Source of the DNA: an uncultured Gemmatimonadaceae bacterium
GTDB taxonomy: Bacteria > Gemmatimonadota > Gemmatimonadetes > Longimicrobiales > Gaopeijiaceae
Reading direction: 5' to 3'
Length of the DNA: 64,000 nt
Assembly: GCA_964521385.1 (NCBI GenBank)
Contig: CAZFRU010000009.1
Location: forward strand, 40,254-104,253
Below, in pieces: positions 1-9,865 of this stretch. The translations under genes were made by a program, and so were the position numbers. Numbering within the stretch: the first letter of the stretch is position 1; the number at the start of each line of letters is the position of its first letter. The notes beneath the pieces were generated by a model that made no database searches, was not told where the DNA came from, and was given only the letters and a program-made list of their open reading frames with translations.

Positions 1-814
1 TCATGTTCTCGACCACGCCCAGCACCGGGACGTCGAGTTTGCGAAACATCTCGACGGCTTTCCCTGCCTCGAGCACTGCGAGACGCTGCGGCGTGGTGAC
101 GACCACCGCTCCGTCCACGACGAGCGTCTGGGCCAACGAGAGGGGCACGTCGCCCGTACCCGGAGGCAGGTCGACCACCAGGACGTCGAGCGGGGGCCAG
201 AGCACGCCCCGGGCGAACTGCTTCACGGCTTTGGCCACCATCGGTCCGCGCCACACGGCGGGAGATCGTGGCCCGAGAAAGAACCCGAACGATACGATTG
301 CCAGCCCCAACGCCTCGAGAGGAACGATCTGCTTCTGCTCACTCATGCCGATGCGCGATGCACCGTCTTCGAGGCCCACGAGAACCGGTACCGACGGGCC
401 GTAGATATCGGCATCGAGCACGCCGACCCGATACCCTCGATCCTGCAGGGCCAGGGCGAGGTTCACTGCGACCGTACTCTTGCCGACACCGCCCTTTCCG
501 GCTCCGACGGCCACCACGTGGGCGACATTGGCAAGCCCGGCGCGAGTCCCCCAGGGGTTCTTCGCGCGTGTGGCCTGGCCGGGCGTCATGATCTCGACTT
601 CGAACGAGACGGCCCCGGCCGCTGCAAGCTGTTCACCGATCGCCGCACGCAAGCGCGTCGGCACGTCGTCGCGCTCGGTCGCGAGCGCCAGAGACACATG
701 GACATGCCCGTCATGGACGTTCACCGCATGCACGAGGCCGAGCGAGACGATGTCGCGCTTCAGTCCCGGATAGGAGACCGCCGTCAGGGCAGCGCGAGCG
801 TCGGCTTCGGTCAT
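1..814 (-). CDS. mrp: Mrp/NBP35 (ApbC) Fe-S cluster carrier ATPase, 3' end beyond the window edge
   Basis: Not in the ORF track. Manual translation gives MTEADARAALTAVSYPGLKRDIVSLG (DUF59-like start), then VVAVGAGKGGVGKSTVAVNLA, VLDADIYGPS and VVDLPPGTGD, all Mrp/ApbC motifs. Confidence 0.92.
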   Translation of the reverse strand, partial: MTEADARAALTAVSYPGLKRDIVSLGLVHAVNVHDGHVHVSLALATERDDVPTRLRAAIGEQLAAAGAVSFEVEIMTPGQATRAKNPWGTRAGLANVAHVVAVGAGKGGVGKSTVAVNLALALQDRGYRVGVLDADIYGPSVPVLVGLEDGASRIGMSEQKQIVPLEALGLAIVSFGFFLGPRSPAVWRGPMVAKAVKQFARGVLWPPLDVLVVDLPPGTGDVPLSLAQTLVVDGAVVVTTPQRLAVLEAGKAVEMFRKLDVPVLGVVENM

Positions 815-903
815 CGTCTGGGTCCGTGTATCATCGTCCGGGTCCGTGCAGATGAAGAGGAGTCGACGCCCCGACCCCCCCGCCGAGACGCCGCTCCACC
901 CAC

Positions 904-932
904 ACTCTGGACACACACCCATCTATTGTCAA
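904..932 (-). promoter_or_regulatory. Putative sigma70 promoter of mrp
   Basis: Minus strand reads TTGACA-N17-CAGAGT. It overlaps an inverted repeat TTGTCA-N12-TGACAA (926-949). Confidence 0.4.
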
Positions 933-1043
933 GTCTTTGTTCGTGACAACCATTCCATCTGTCGGTCAGCTCTCGAGACCTGGCGTTCCGGCGACGGATC
1001 TCGAGTCAGGACCACGCCGTCGTGGAGGGCCGCGCTGAGCGGT

Positions 1044-2801
1044 TCAACGCCTCTCGCGAGCGCGCCGCACGATCCGTTGGGCCTGCTCGGTCTCGAGCAA
1101 CTCCGGACCGAGAATGGCGGGAAGGGCCGGCGGGTAGATCTTCGACGCGTCGGGTCCCGACACGATGCGCTCGAGCAAGTCCAAGGCGGCCTGGTCGCCA
1201 TCGAGATGTCGAGCCGCGATCACGCGAAGCTCGGGTCGTGACAGGAGTTCGAGTTCGACGGGGTTGGGGGGATCGTCCTGTGCGGGCCCAACGTCGACCC
1301 AGACACGAAAGAGCGCCGCCCGACGTCGCGGATCGAGGAGCACTTCCCCCAGGCGCGCGCCCTCGTCGGGCAGGCCGGCGATACGCGCGGCCGCGACCAG
1401 GTTCTCCGCCGCCCGCTCCCAGTCGCCCAGCACCAGATGGAACTCGACCGCAAACAACCGCACGACCAACGCGTCGGGCAGGAGCCCGATAGCCTTCTCG
1501 AGCTGGGCCACCGCTTCCACGTAGCGACCGAGCATCATGAGAGCCTCGGCCCGCTCCACCAGAATCGCCGGCGCGACAGGATCCAGCGATTCGGCGAGGT
1601 CCATCTCCCGCAGTGCCTCTTCACCCTTGAGGGTCGTCATCAGGAGATCGGCCAGCCAATGGTGAGCCGTTGCGTAGCCCGGGTTACGGGCAATGGCCTC
1701 CCGCAGCCAACGCTCGCCGGCCTCGATGTCTCCCCTCTGCACGCTTGCGTCGCCCAGGGCAGCGTACGCCGAGACCACATCGGGATCGAGTTCGATCGCG
1801 CGGCGCGCCGCAGCCTCTGCCCGCAGGAGTGCTTGCTCTTTGGTAATGCCCGGCACCGCATACTCGGTCGGGGTGCTCAACGTATACGACAACGCCAGCC
1901 CTCCCCATGCCTCGGCAAAGGTCGAGTCGGCGGCGATCGCCTGCTGGAAGTAGCCGAGGGCCGCTACCATGTCTTCGGTGGTGCGCGCGGTCCAGTGGTG
2001 TTGCCCGAGATAGAAAGCACGTTGTGCTTCAGGATCGCGCGTGCCACCTCCGACGATGCGGTTCGCGCCTACGAGTCTCACCCGCAGAGCCTCGACGATC
2101 TTGCGAGCCACCTCGTCCTGCAGGTCGAAGAGGTCGGCCTCGTCGGCTTCCTCGTCGAATTTCTCGGCCCATACGTTCTGCCCGCTGCGAGCGTCGACCA
2201 GATTGGCCGTGACTCGGACCCGGCTCCCCATCTGGGTGATGGTGCCCGCCACGATAGACCCCACGCCGAGCCGTCGGCCGATCTCGCGCACGTCGCCGAC
2301 ATCTCTGAAACCGAAAGCCGAGGTGCGCGCGACCACCCGCAACGATCCCAGCCGCGAGAGACCGCTGATGAGCGTTTCGGCGATCCCGTCACCCAGGTAG
2401 GCGTGCCCTCCCCCCGGGCTGAGATCTTCGAACGGCAATACCGCGAGCGAGGTGAGGGCGAGCTCGCCCAAGGCCGATCCAGGGGGACTCCCAGCGACTG
2501 GACCGCTCCGCAGAACCGCCGCCCCCGCCACGGCGCCACCGGTCATCAGAGCGGCCAGCAATCCCACCTCCAACGCGGTCGGCCGTTGACGCCCACGCTC
2601 GCCGTGGAACCATGCCAGGACGGCCGTGACCCCGAGGCCAGTGGCCAGCGCTACGAACACGATCCGGCCGATGATGGCCGGCCAGCCCCACAGCTCGGCC
2701 ACGATGTCGAGCACCTGTAGCACGACCCAGGCTCCAGCAGCGTAGCCGCCAAGCCAGGGTAGCAGCTTGCGGCGACGAATCGTAGAGAAGAGGTCAGGCA
2801 C
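1044..2801 (-). CDS. Membrane-anchored TolB_N-like/TPR protein
   Basis: GTG start with GGAG RBS; three N-terminal hydrophobic helices; SLAVLPFEDLS..YLGDGIAETL..VVARTSAF (TolB_N-like); TPR helices (NPGYATAHHWLA). Confidence 0.85.
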   Translation of the reverse strand: MPDLFSTIRRRKLLPWLGGYAAGAWVVLQVLDIVAELWGWPAIIGRIVFVALATGLGVTAVLAWFHGERGRQRPTALEVGLLAALMTGGAVAGAAVLRSGPVAGSPPGSALGELALTSLAVLPFEDLSPGGGHAYLGDGIAETLISGLSRLGSLRVVARTSAFGFRDVGDVREIGRRLGVGSIVAGTITQMGSRVRVTANLVDARSGQNVWAEKFDEEADEADLFDLQDEVARKIVEALRVRLVGANRIVGGGTRDPEAQRAFYLGQHHWTARTTEDMVAALGYFQQAIAADSTFAEAWGGLALSYTLSTPTEYAVPGITKEQALLRAEAAARRAIELDPDVVSAYAALGDASVQRGDIEAGERWLREAIARNPGYATAHHWLADLLMTTLKGEEALREMDLAESLDPVAPAILVERAEALMMLGRYVEAVAQLEKAIGLLPDALVVRLFAVEFHLVLGDWERAAENLVAAARIAGLPDEGARLGEVLLDPRRRAALFRVWVDVGPAQDDPPNPVELELLSRPELRVIAARHLDGDQAALDLLERIVSGPDASKIYPPALPAILGPELLETEQAQRIVRRARERR

Positions 2802-2934
2802 GGTGCACGAACTCCGTGCCTGATCGGCCCGGAAGCGGCATGGCTTCGCCGAGGTTCGAGGGAGGGAGGTGCCGAGCAGCCGCGAACGGTAGGGAGGAGA
2901 AGGGGGAGCGGCAACAGAGCCCACTACCCCCGGT

Positions 2935-4119
2935 CTACGTCATCAACTCCCACAGACCCCGCACCGCCGTCGAATCCGGGAAGACGCGGTCGGCCTGAGC
3001 CGGGGTGAGGTCGAAGGTCCCCGCCAGCACGCCCTTCAGGACAGCCCGCGTGTCGAGTGTGGGGGCGAGGTCGCGCGCCTCGAAGAGCTCCCGCTCGCCG
3101 AGGCCCGGCCAGTCGCTCACCACGCGACTGCGCGCCACGCCCGAGCCCAGCACGAATCCCGCACCCGCCGTGCCATGGTCCGTCCCCCCCGTGCCGTTGG
3201 GTCGGGCCGTGCGCCCGAACTCGGTCATCACGACCACGGTCGTGCCCTGCCACTGCTCGCCCATGGCGTCACGGAAGCTCGTCAGCCCCTCGGCGAGGCG
3301 GCCGAGTTGGCGATCCAGGTTGCCCCCGACCCCGCCCTGATTGGCATGCGTGTCCCATCCGCTGAACTCCATGGCGGCCACATTGGGGCCGTCGGGTTCG
3401 GTCATGAGGCTCGCGGCGGCGCGGAAGAGCGCCGAGGGATCCTGGCGACGAGCGGCCCTCGCATCGCCCCCCATCGCCTCGGCCTCTTCGCCCACTTCGA
3501 GCATGGCCAGCGCCGCCTCGAAGCGACCCTGCAACGCCTCATCCGAGCGATAGAGCAGGTGCAGGCGGTCGAGATAGGCGTCGTCGACGACCCCGAGCTC
3601 GGCCGGCGACCAGGTCGCCACCTCGACGGGACCGGTCAGCGAACGAGGCATGCCGGCAGCGATGGCGATCCCCGATCGTCGTCCCTCCATGACCGTGAGC
3701 AGACGGTTCAGCCACCCGTCTGCGCTGCCCTCCGGTTGATCGAGCCCCGTCTCGAGAATCGCCTGCCCGTCGAAATGGCTGCGCGTGCGAAAGGGGATCG
3801 CCATGGCATGCAGAACCAGCAACTCATCCCGCTCCCAGAAGGTGCGCAGCGGCGCCAGCCCGGGGGTGAGCGCGAAGCCGTCGGCCAGGGCGATCAAGTC
3901 GTCGGGATCGGCCGCCAGCGTACGGCGCAGGTCGAAGTAGGCGGGATCGAAGGTCGGAGCGACCGCGGCGAGGCCGTCGAAGCCGCCGCGTAGCAACACG
4001 AAGACCAGTCGGCTCGTATCGGGCACCGTCGCGAAGTGCACCTCGGGCAGCCCGAAGGTCGCGAGGCCGCCGAAGCACATGCCGGTCGAGTACAAGAACT
4101 GCCTGCGGTCCATATCCAT
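2935..4119 (-). CDS. DUF1501 domain protein with Tat-like signal
   Basis: MDRRQFL; LVFVLLRGGFDGL, RSHFDGQ, GWDTHANQ, TEFGRT, GTDHG motifs. Confidence 0.88.
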   Translation of the reverse strand: MDMDRRQFLYSTGMCFGGLATFGLPEVHFATVPDTSRLVFVLLRGGFDGLAAVAPTFDPAYFDLRRTLAADPDDLIALADGFALTPGLAPLRTFWERDELLVLHAMAIPFRTRSHFDGQAILETGLDQPEGSADGWLNRLLTVMEGRRSGIAIAAGMPRSLTGPVEVATWSPAELGVVDDAYLDRLHLLYRSDEALQGRFEAALAMLEVGEEAEAMGGDARAARRQDPSALFRAAASLMTEPDGPNVAAMEFSGWDTHANQGGVGGNLDRQLGRLAEGLTSFRDAMGEQWQGTTVVVMTEFGRTARPNGTGGTDHGTAGAGFVLGSGVARSRVVSDWPGLGERELFEARDLAPTLDTRAVLKGVLAGTFDLTPAQADRVFPDSTAVRGLWELMT

Positions 4120-4124
4120 CGTCG

Positions 4125-5513
4125 TCACCTCCACTGAAAGGCGGGGCCGGCAAATAGCAGGGCGACCCGTTCCGGAATCGCGATCGATTCGTCGGCGAGC
4201 ATCGTCGGCAAGGGGTCGTCGGGTGGGATCGCCACCACGGTCGCGAGAGAACGGACACTCGGTCTGCGCGCACCGCGTGCGCCCACCACCCCCACGGCGA
4301 CCGTTCTCGCAAGTTCAGCGCGATTCATCAGGCTGTCGGAATCGGCCCATTCGCGGCGCAGGTCGCCGAAGCCCTTGGGAGAAGGAGGGGCCCAGAGCGG
4401 GTGGCGAAGCTGGCGCAGCACCTGGCCCATCTCGTTCGGCACCTCGTCGACTTCGACCACGCGGAGCAGAGCCACGAGCCAGTCCTGGGGAGTCCGGAAC
4501 TTGCGGTGCCCGGAGTCCCACGACGTGCCGTGTCGAAGAAGCGTCGCCGCCACCTCACCCAGATCGCCCTCGGTGTCGAGCCAGCGCTCGGTGAGGGCGT
4601 CGATGAGAGGAGGGGGCGGTGCGTCGTCGACGAAGTGGGTCGCGAGCTTGGTCGCGAGAAACCGAGCGGTCTCGCGCCGACGGGCGAGTGCCCGGATCAC
4701 CGCCACCCCGCCCGCTTCACCCTCGTGGTACCGTTGTCCCAGCACCGTCTTCGCGCCGGGCTCGTGCAACTCGGGCACGAAACGAAACCCCAGCGCACCG
4801 TCCGGGTTGGGGTCGTCCAGCGGTCCGCCCGCGCCTCGCACCGTCCACCCGGTGAGCACCCGGGCCAGCTGCTCGACGTCGGCCTGCGTGTACCCTCCGT
4901 CGACGCCCATGGTGTGGAGTTCCAACAGCTCGCGGGCGTAGTTCTCGTTGAGCCCCCGCAACGCGTCCTGCGACCGACCGCGACCGCGCCTCGGCCGTTG
5001 CGCGGCCCGCGAGTTCGGGCCGACCGATTGGGCATTGTCGAGATACTGCAGCATGGCGGGGTGCCGTGCGGACGCCAGCAGCATCTCGTCGAAGCGACCG
5101 AAGGCGTGGGCGCGGATGACATCGCGCTCGTAGCTGCCCGCCAACACCGCGACCCGAAGTCCCGCCGTCGACGAGATGCAGAGATGGTTCGACCAGAAGG
5201 CAACCCACCGCTCTGCGAAGGGCCGCTCGCTGACGACCCGGGTGGTGAGCACCGCCCGTGTCTCGCTCGCCCGGTGCCGCGCCACCTCGCGCTGCACCCC
5301 CTGCACACGCTCCTGCTCTCGCGAGCGGACCGCCTCGAGATAGCGCCGGAAGAGTACCCCGACCGCTGCGGCGCCCGGGGTCGGTGTTGCCAGCGTCGGC
5401 GGGTCGCCCCGGGCCTGCTCGAGCAGCCAGCCCAGAGGATCGGACAGTCGGCCGGCCTCACCCGAGCGGGCACCGAGGCCGAAACGATTGAGGGCGATGA
5501 GTTGCGCGGACAT
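4125..5513 (-). CDS. DUF1800 domain protein
   Basis: LNRFGLGAR, FWSNHL, HPAMLQYLDN, NENYARELLELHTMG motifs; directly upstream of the DUF1501 gene. Confidence 0.9.
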   Translation of the reverse strand: MSAQLIALNRFGLGARSGEAGRLSDPLGWLLEQARGDPPTLATPTPGAAAVGVLFRRYLEAVRSREQERVQGVQREVARHRASETRAVLTTRVVSERPFAERWVAFWSNHLCISSTAGLRVAVLAGSYERDVIRAHAFGRFDEMLLASARHPAMLQYLDNAQSVGPNSRAAQRPRRGRGRSQDALRGLNENYARELLELHTMGVDGGYTQADVEQLARVLTGWTVRGAGGPLDDPNPDGALGFRFVPELHEPGAKTVLGQRYHEGEAGGVAVIRALARRRETARFLATKLATHFVDDAPPPPLIDALTERWLDTEGDLGEVAATLLRHGTSWDSGHRKFRTPQDWLVALLRVVEVDEVPNEMGQVLRQLRHPLWAPPSPKGFGDLRREWADSDSLMNRAELARTVAVGVVGARGARRPSVRSLATVVAIPPDDPLPTMLADESIAIPERVALLFAGPAFQWR

Positions 5514-5691
5514 GACACGATCCGGTGAGGGTGGGCCTGCAAGACAGGAGACGCCCGGGGTGGGCGATCCGTTAAGCGCGCGCTCGCCGTGGTCCCCCTG
5601 CGACCAGAGCGACCTTGCCGACCCGCCACAGATCCCCATTGTGGGAGCTGCACCTGGTCGCTCGCTTGCATCCCATTCCGAGTTCACACCC

Positions 5692-7257
5692 ATGAGACCT
5701 CGTCTTCGACACCCCCTCCCACGCCGCGCTCCGTTCGCCGTCGGGCTGGCCACCCTGCTGCTGGTGCCGGCCCTCGCGGCTGGTCAGGCGGTCGACGTCG
5801 CCGCCCTCGACGCCTACTTCGCCGAGGCCCAGCGCACGTGGCCGATCCCCGGCTTCTCGGTGGCCATCGTCAAGGATGGCGAGGTCGTACTCGAGAAAGG
5901 ATACGGGGTGCGCGACATACGCGATCGTGAACCGGTCGACGAGCACACCCTCTACGCCATCGCCTCGAACTCGAAGGCCTTCACCGCCGCCGCCCTGGCG
6001 CAGCAGGTCGATGCGGGCCGTCTGAGCTGGAGCGACCGGGTGATCGATCACCTGCCCTGGTTTCGCCTCTACGACGACTACGTCACCCAGGAGATGCGAA
6101 TCCGCGACCTGCTCTCGCATCGCAGCGGGCTGGGCACCTACTCGGGCGACCTGCTGTGGTACGGCACTCCCTATTCGGCCGCAGAGGTGGTGCGTCGCGC
6201 CGCCTTTCTGCCCCCGGCCTATTCGTTTCGGGATGGGTACGGCTACACCAACCTCATGTTCATCGCCGCCGGCGAGGTGTTGCGCGCCGTGACCGGAGAG
6301 GACTGGCACGACTACGTCGAGAGGCACTTCTTCGCACCGCTGGGCATGTCGCGTTCCGTGACCTCGACCAACGACCTCGCCGCGCGTGACAACGTCGCCA
6401 CCCCGCACAAGTACGTGGCGGGCGAGACGATTCCCCTCGAGTGGTACAACTGGGACGCCATGGGGGCCGCCGGCGGCATCATTTCCAGCGTCCACGACAT
6501 GGCCCAGTGGCTGAAAGCGCAGTTGGCCGGGGGCGAATTCGACGGCACCCGGCTCTTCAGTGAGGAGCGGCAGCGCGAGATGTGGAGCGTGGTCAATCCG
6601 CGCGCGGTCACCCCCGGGTACCAGCAGCAGTATCCGTCCACCCGCTTTCGCGGCTACGGCCTGGGATGGAGCCTCAACGACTACCTGGGTCGAAAGGTCA
6701 CCACGCATGGCGGGGGGTACGACGGCATGTATTCGCAGGTGGCGCTCGTGCCCGACGAAGGACTCGGGGTGGTGATCCTCACCAATGGCATGACCAACGT
6801 CGCTCCGGCGCTCATCTATCGCGTGCTCGACGCCTATCTCGGCGGCACCCCCAGGGACTGGGCGGCCGAAGCGCTCCCCGCCTGGCTCCGCTCCCGCGAC
6901 CAGTTCGAGGCACGGCAGATGGACGCCGTCGAAGGACGCGTGAGCGGTACCTCACCCTCGCTCGCCCTGGACGCCTACACGGGTACCTACGGCGGGCCCA
7001 TGTACGGGGATGCCGAGGTCACCCTCGAGGACGGCCGGCTGGTTCTGCGCCTGCTCCCCAACCCCGACCTCGTGGCCGACCTCGAACACCTGCACTACGA
7101 CACCTTCGTGATCCGGTGGCGCAAGACCCTCGCCTGGTTCGGACAGGGCACGGCGACCTTCGTGCTCGACGCCGCCGGAACGGCCAGCGAGATGAAGCTC
7201 GACGTGCCCAACGACGACCTCTGGTTCCATGAGCTGGAGATGAAGCGCAGACGATAG
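5692..7257 (+). CDS. Exported serine hydrolase (beta-lactamase class C/S12 family, DUF3471-like C-terminus)
   Basis: Signal peptide; SxxK (ASNSK), LLSHRSG, YTN, HGG. Confidence 0.9.
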   Translation: MRPRLRHPLPRRAPFAVGLATLLLVPALAAGQAVDVAALDAYFAEAQRTWPIPGFSVAIVKDGEVVLEKGYGVRDIRDREPVDEHTLYAIASNSKAFTAAALAQQVDAGRLSWSDRVIDHLPWFRLYDDYVTQEMRIRDLLSHRSGLGTYSGDLLWYGTPYSAAEVVRRAAFLPPAYSFRDGYGYTNLMFIAAGEVLRAVTGEDWHDYVERHFFAPLGMSRSVTSTNDLAARDNVATPHKYVAGETIPLEWYNWDAMGAAGGIISSVHDMAQWLKAQLAGGEFDGTRLFSEERQREMWSVVNPRAVTPGYQQQYPSTRFRGYGLGWSLNDYLGRKVTTHGGGYDGMYSQVALVPDEGLGVVILTNGMTNVAPALIYRVLDAYLGGTPRDWAAEALPAWLRSRDQFEARQMDAVEGRVSGTSPSLALDAYTGTYGGPMYGDAEVTLEDGRLVLRLLPNPDLVADLEHLHYDTFVIRWRKTLAWFGQGTATFVLDAAGTASEMKLDVPNDDLWFHELEMKRRR

Positions 7258-7262
7258 TCGCA

Positions 7263-7292
7263 GCCGGCGCCTGCGGCGGGCGGCCCTTTTTT
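7263..7292 (+). terminator. Putative intrinsic terminator
   Basis: Imperfect GC stem followed by TTTTTT just after the stop codon. Confidence 0.45.
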
Positions 7293-7392
7293 CCTGGCCC
7301 TCACCGGTCGCCGGCTGCATGTTGGCGGCCCGCGCCTGGTCGGCACCATGCTCGACCCGGCGCGGCGGATCTCACACCAGGGGGAACACGCG

Positions 7393-9072
7393 GTGCAATC
7401 CACGGCATACGACGCCATCGTGGTGGGTTCGGGCATCTCCGGCGGCTGGGCCGCCAAGGAACTCACCGAGAAGGGGCTCCGCGTGTTGCTGCTCGAACGG
7501 GGGCGCAACGTCGAGCACATCAAGGACTACGTCAACGCCACCAAGGGCCCGTGGGAGTACCCGCACCGCGGGGGACGCACGCAGGCCATGGAGGCGGCCT
7601 ACCCCGTGCTCAAGCGGGACTATCCGCTCAACGAGACCAACCTCGAGTTCTGGGCCAACGAGCAGGACTCTCCCTACACCGAGGTGCGGCGCTTCGATTG
7701 GTACCGGGGCTACCAGGTCGGGGGGCGCTCGCTCCTGTGGGGACGCCAGAGCTATCGACTGGGCGATCTCGATTTCGAGGCCAACGCCCGCGATGGAATC
7801 GCCGTGGACTGGCCCATCCGTTACGAGGAACTGGCGCCCTGGTACGACCACGTCGAACGTCACGCCGGCATCTCGGGCTCCACCGAGGGTCTCGCTCAAC
7901 TGCCCGACGGTCGTTTTCAGCCCGCCATGCCTCTCAACTGTGGCGAAGAGCTCGTGGCGGGGCGCTTGCGGGGGTTCTACGACGGCCGCCGCCGGATCAT
8001 CCCGGGCCGTACCGCCAATCTCACGGCCGCCCTGCCGGGTCGAAGCCCCTGTCAGTACCGCAACGCCTGCTGGCTCGGGTGCCCGTACGGTGCGTATTTC
8101 AGTACGCAATCCTCGACCCTGCCGGCGGCCGTTGCGACCGGGCGCCTGACGTTGCGTCCCTTCGCCATCGCCACCGAAGTGCTCTACGATCGTGATCGCA
8201 AACGCGCCACGGGCGTGAGGGTGCTCGATGCGGTCACCGACCAAACGATCGACTTCACGGCCCGGGTCGTGTTCCTGTGCGCCTCGACCATCAATTCGAC
8301 GTGGCTCCTCATGCGCTCGGCCACCGACGTCTGGCCCGACGGCCTGGGCAGCAGCTCGGGTGAACTCGGTCACAACCTCATGGATCACCACTTCAGGATC
8401 GGAGCGCGGGGCCGCATCGACGGACTCGACGACCAGACGGTCTACGGCAGTCGTCCTACCGGGTTCTACATTCCGCGCTACCGCAACCTCTTCGGCGACA
8501 CGCGGGACTATCTGCGCGGCTTCGGCTATCAGGGGGGTGCGAGCCGGCAGGGGTGGGCTCGCGCGGTGCGTGAACTGGGAGTGGGCGCCGACTTCAAGGA
8601 CCGCATGGCCCAGCCCGGCGAATGGTCGATCGGCGCCACTGCATTCGGTGAGATGCTCCCGAGCCACGACAACCGCATGTCACTCGACGAGACGGTGACC
8701 GACAAGTGGGGACTGCCCGTGCCGAAGATCGATTGCGCCACGGGCGAGAACGAACGACTGATGCGCATCGACATGATGGCCGACATCGCCGAGATGCTCG
8801 ATGCCTGCGGGGTCGTCGAGGTCGAGCCCTTCGACCGTGAATCGTTCCCGGGGATGGGCATCCACGAAATGGGTACGGCTCGGATGGGGCGCGATCCGAA
8901 GACCTCGGTGTTGAATGCCTACAACCAGGTCTGGGATGCTCCCAACGTCTTCGTGACCGACGGATCGTGCATGACGTCGTCGGCCTGCCAGAACCCCTCC
9001 CTCACCTACATGGCGCTGACGGCGCGTGCGGCCGACCACGCCGTGCGTGAGCTCGGCCGCCAGAACCTGTGA
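7393..9072 (+). CDS. GMC-family flavoprotein oxidoreductase (glucoside 3-dehydrogenase-like large subunit)
   Basis: DAIVVGSGISGGWAAKEL FAD motif; Cys cluster CQYRNACWLGC; IHEMGTARMG; QNPSLTYMAL. Confidence 0.92.
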   Translation: MQSTAYDAIVVGSGISGGWAAKELTEKGLRVLLLERGRNVEHIKDYVNATKGPWEYPHRGGRTQAMEAAYPVLKRDYPLNETNLEFWANEQDSPYTEVRRFDWYRGYQVGGRSLLWGRQSYRLGDLDFEANARDGIAVDWPIRYEELAPWYDHVERHAGISGSTEGLAQLPDGRFQPAMPLNCGEELVAGRLRGFYDGRRRIIPGRTANLTAALPGRSPCQYRNACWLGCPYGAYFSTQSSTLPAAVATGRLTLRPFAIATEVLYDRDRKRATGVRVLDAVTDQTIDFTARVVFLCASTINSTWLLMRSATDVWPDGLGSSSGELGHNLMDHHFRIGARGRIDGLDDQTVYGSRPTGFYIPRYRNLFGDTRDYLRGFGYQGGASRQGWARAVRELGVGADFKDRMAQPGEWSIGATAFGEMLPSHDNRMSLDETVTDKWGLPVPKIDCATGENERLMRIDMMADIAEMLDACGVVEVEPFDRESFPGMGIHEMGTARMGRDPKTSVLNAYNQVWDAPNVFVTDGSCMTSSACQNPSLTYMALTARAADHAVRELGRQNL

Positions 9073-9827
9073 CCTCCATGCCGGCAGCCATGCCCGACAG
9101 CCACGAGCACGACGCACCCATGTCCGAGCCGCTCACCCGGGCACCGCTCACCGTCATCGACCGGCGCGAGGCGATCCGACGGGTGAGCATGATGCTGGGG
9201 GGCGTCGCCGTGGTGGGGGGGAGTGGCTTGCTTACCGCCTGCGAGCGGGCCGAACGAGCGGTGGTCGCACCCGGTGCCGGAATCGGGCGCTTCTCGGCGG
9301 CCGACATCGCCATGCTCGACGAGATTGCCGAGACGATCCTGCCCGAAACGAGCACGCCGGGAGCCAGGGCGGCAGAGGTGGGAGCCTTCATGGCCCTCAT
9401 GGTGACCGACACGTACGACACCGGCGACCAGGCGGTCTTCCGCGACGGCATGGGACTGCTCGAGGAGCGCTGTCGGACGCAGCACGGGGTCGGTTTCATG
9501 GAGGCCTCGGGTGCGCAACGTCTGGCGCTCCTCGAGATGCTCGACGCCGAACAGCTGGCCCATGAAGAGGCCCGCGCCTCAAAGGACACTGCGCCCGCAC
9601 CCGACACGCTCGAGCCGCGTGCAGCCGAGGTCGACAGCGTGAGCGCCAACCCGTCGCAGGAGACGCGCACACACCATTTTCGCATGATGAAGGAGCTGAC
9701 CCTGCTCGGCTACTTCACGTCGGAGATCGGCTGCACGCAGGCGCTGCGCTACGTGGAATCCCCCGGACGATTCGACCCCTGTGTGCCCTACACGCCCGGC
9801 GAGACGAGCTGGGCATCCCACGCGTAG
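9069..9827 (+). CDS. Gluconate 2-dehydrogenase subunit 3 family protein (Tat small subunit)
   Basis: DRREAIRR; IAETILPET.TPGA; KELTLLGYFTSEIG. Overlaps the GMC stop codon; true start may be slightly downstream. Confidence 0.88.
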   Translation: MTSMPAAMPDSHEHDAPMSEPLTRAPLTVIDRREAIRRVSMMLGGVAVVGGSGLLTACERAERAVVAPGAGIGRFSAADIAMLDEIAETILPETSTPGARAAEVGAFMALMVTDTYDTGDQAVFRDGMGLLEERCRTQHGVGFMEASGAQRLALLEMLDAEQLAHEEARASKDTAPAPDTLEPRAAEVDSVSANPSQETRTHHFRMMKELTLLGYFTSEIGCTQALRYVESPGRFDPCVPYTPGETSWASHA

Positions 9828-9865
9828 ACCTCACCCGGGACCGCCCAGGTCCACCGCCATTCACG

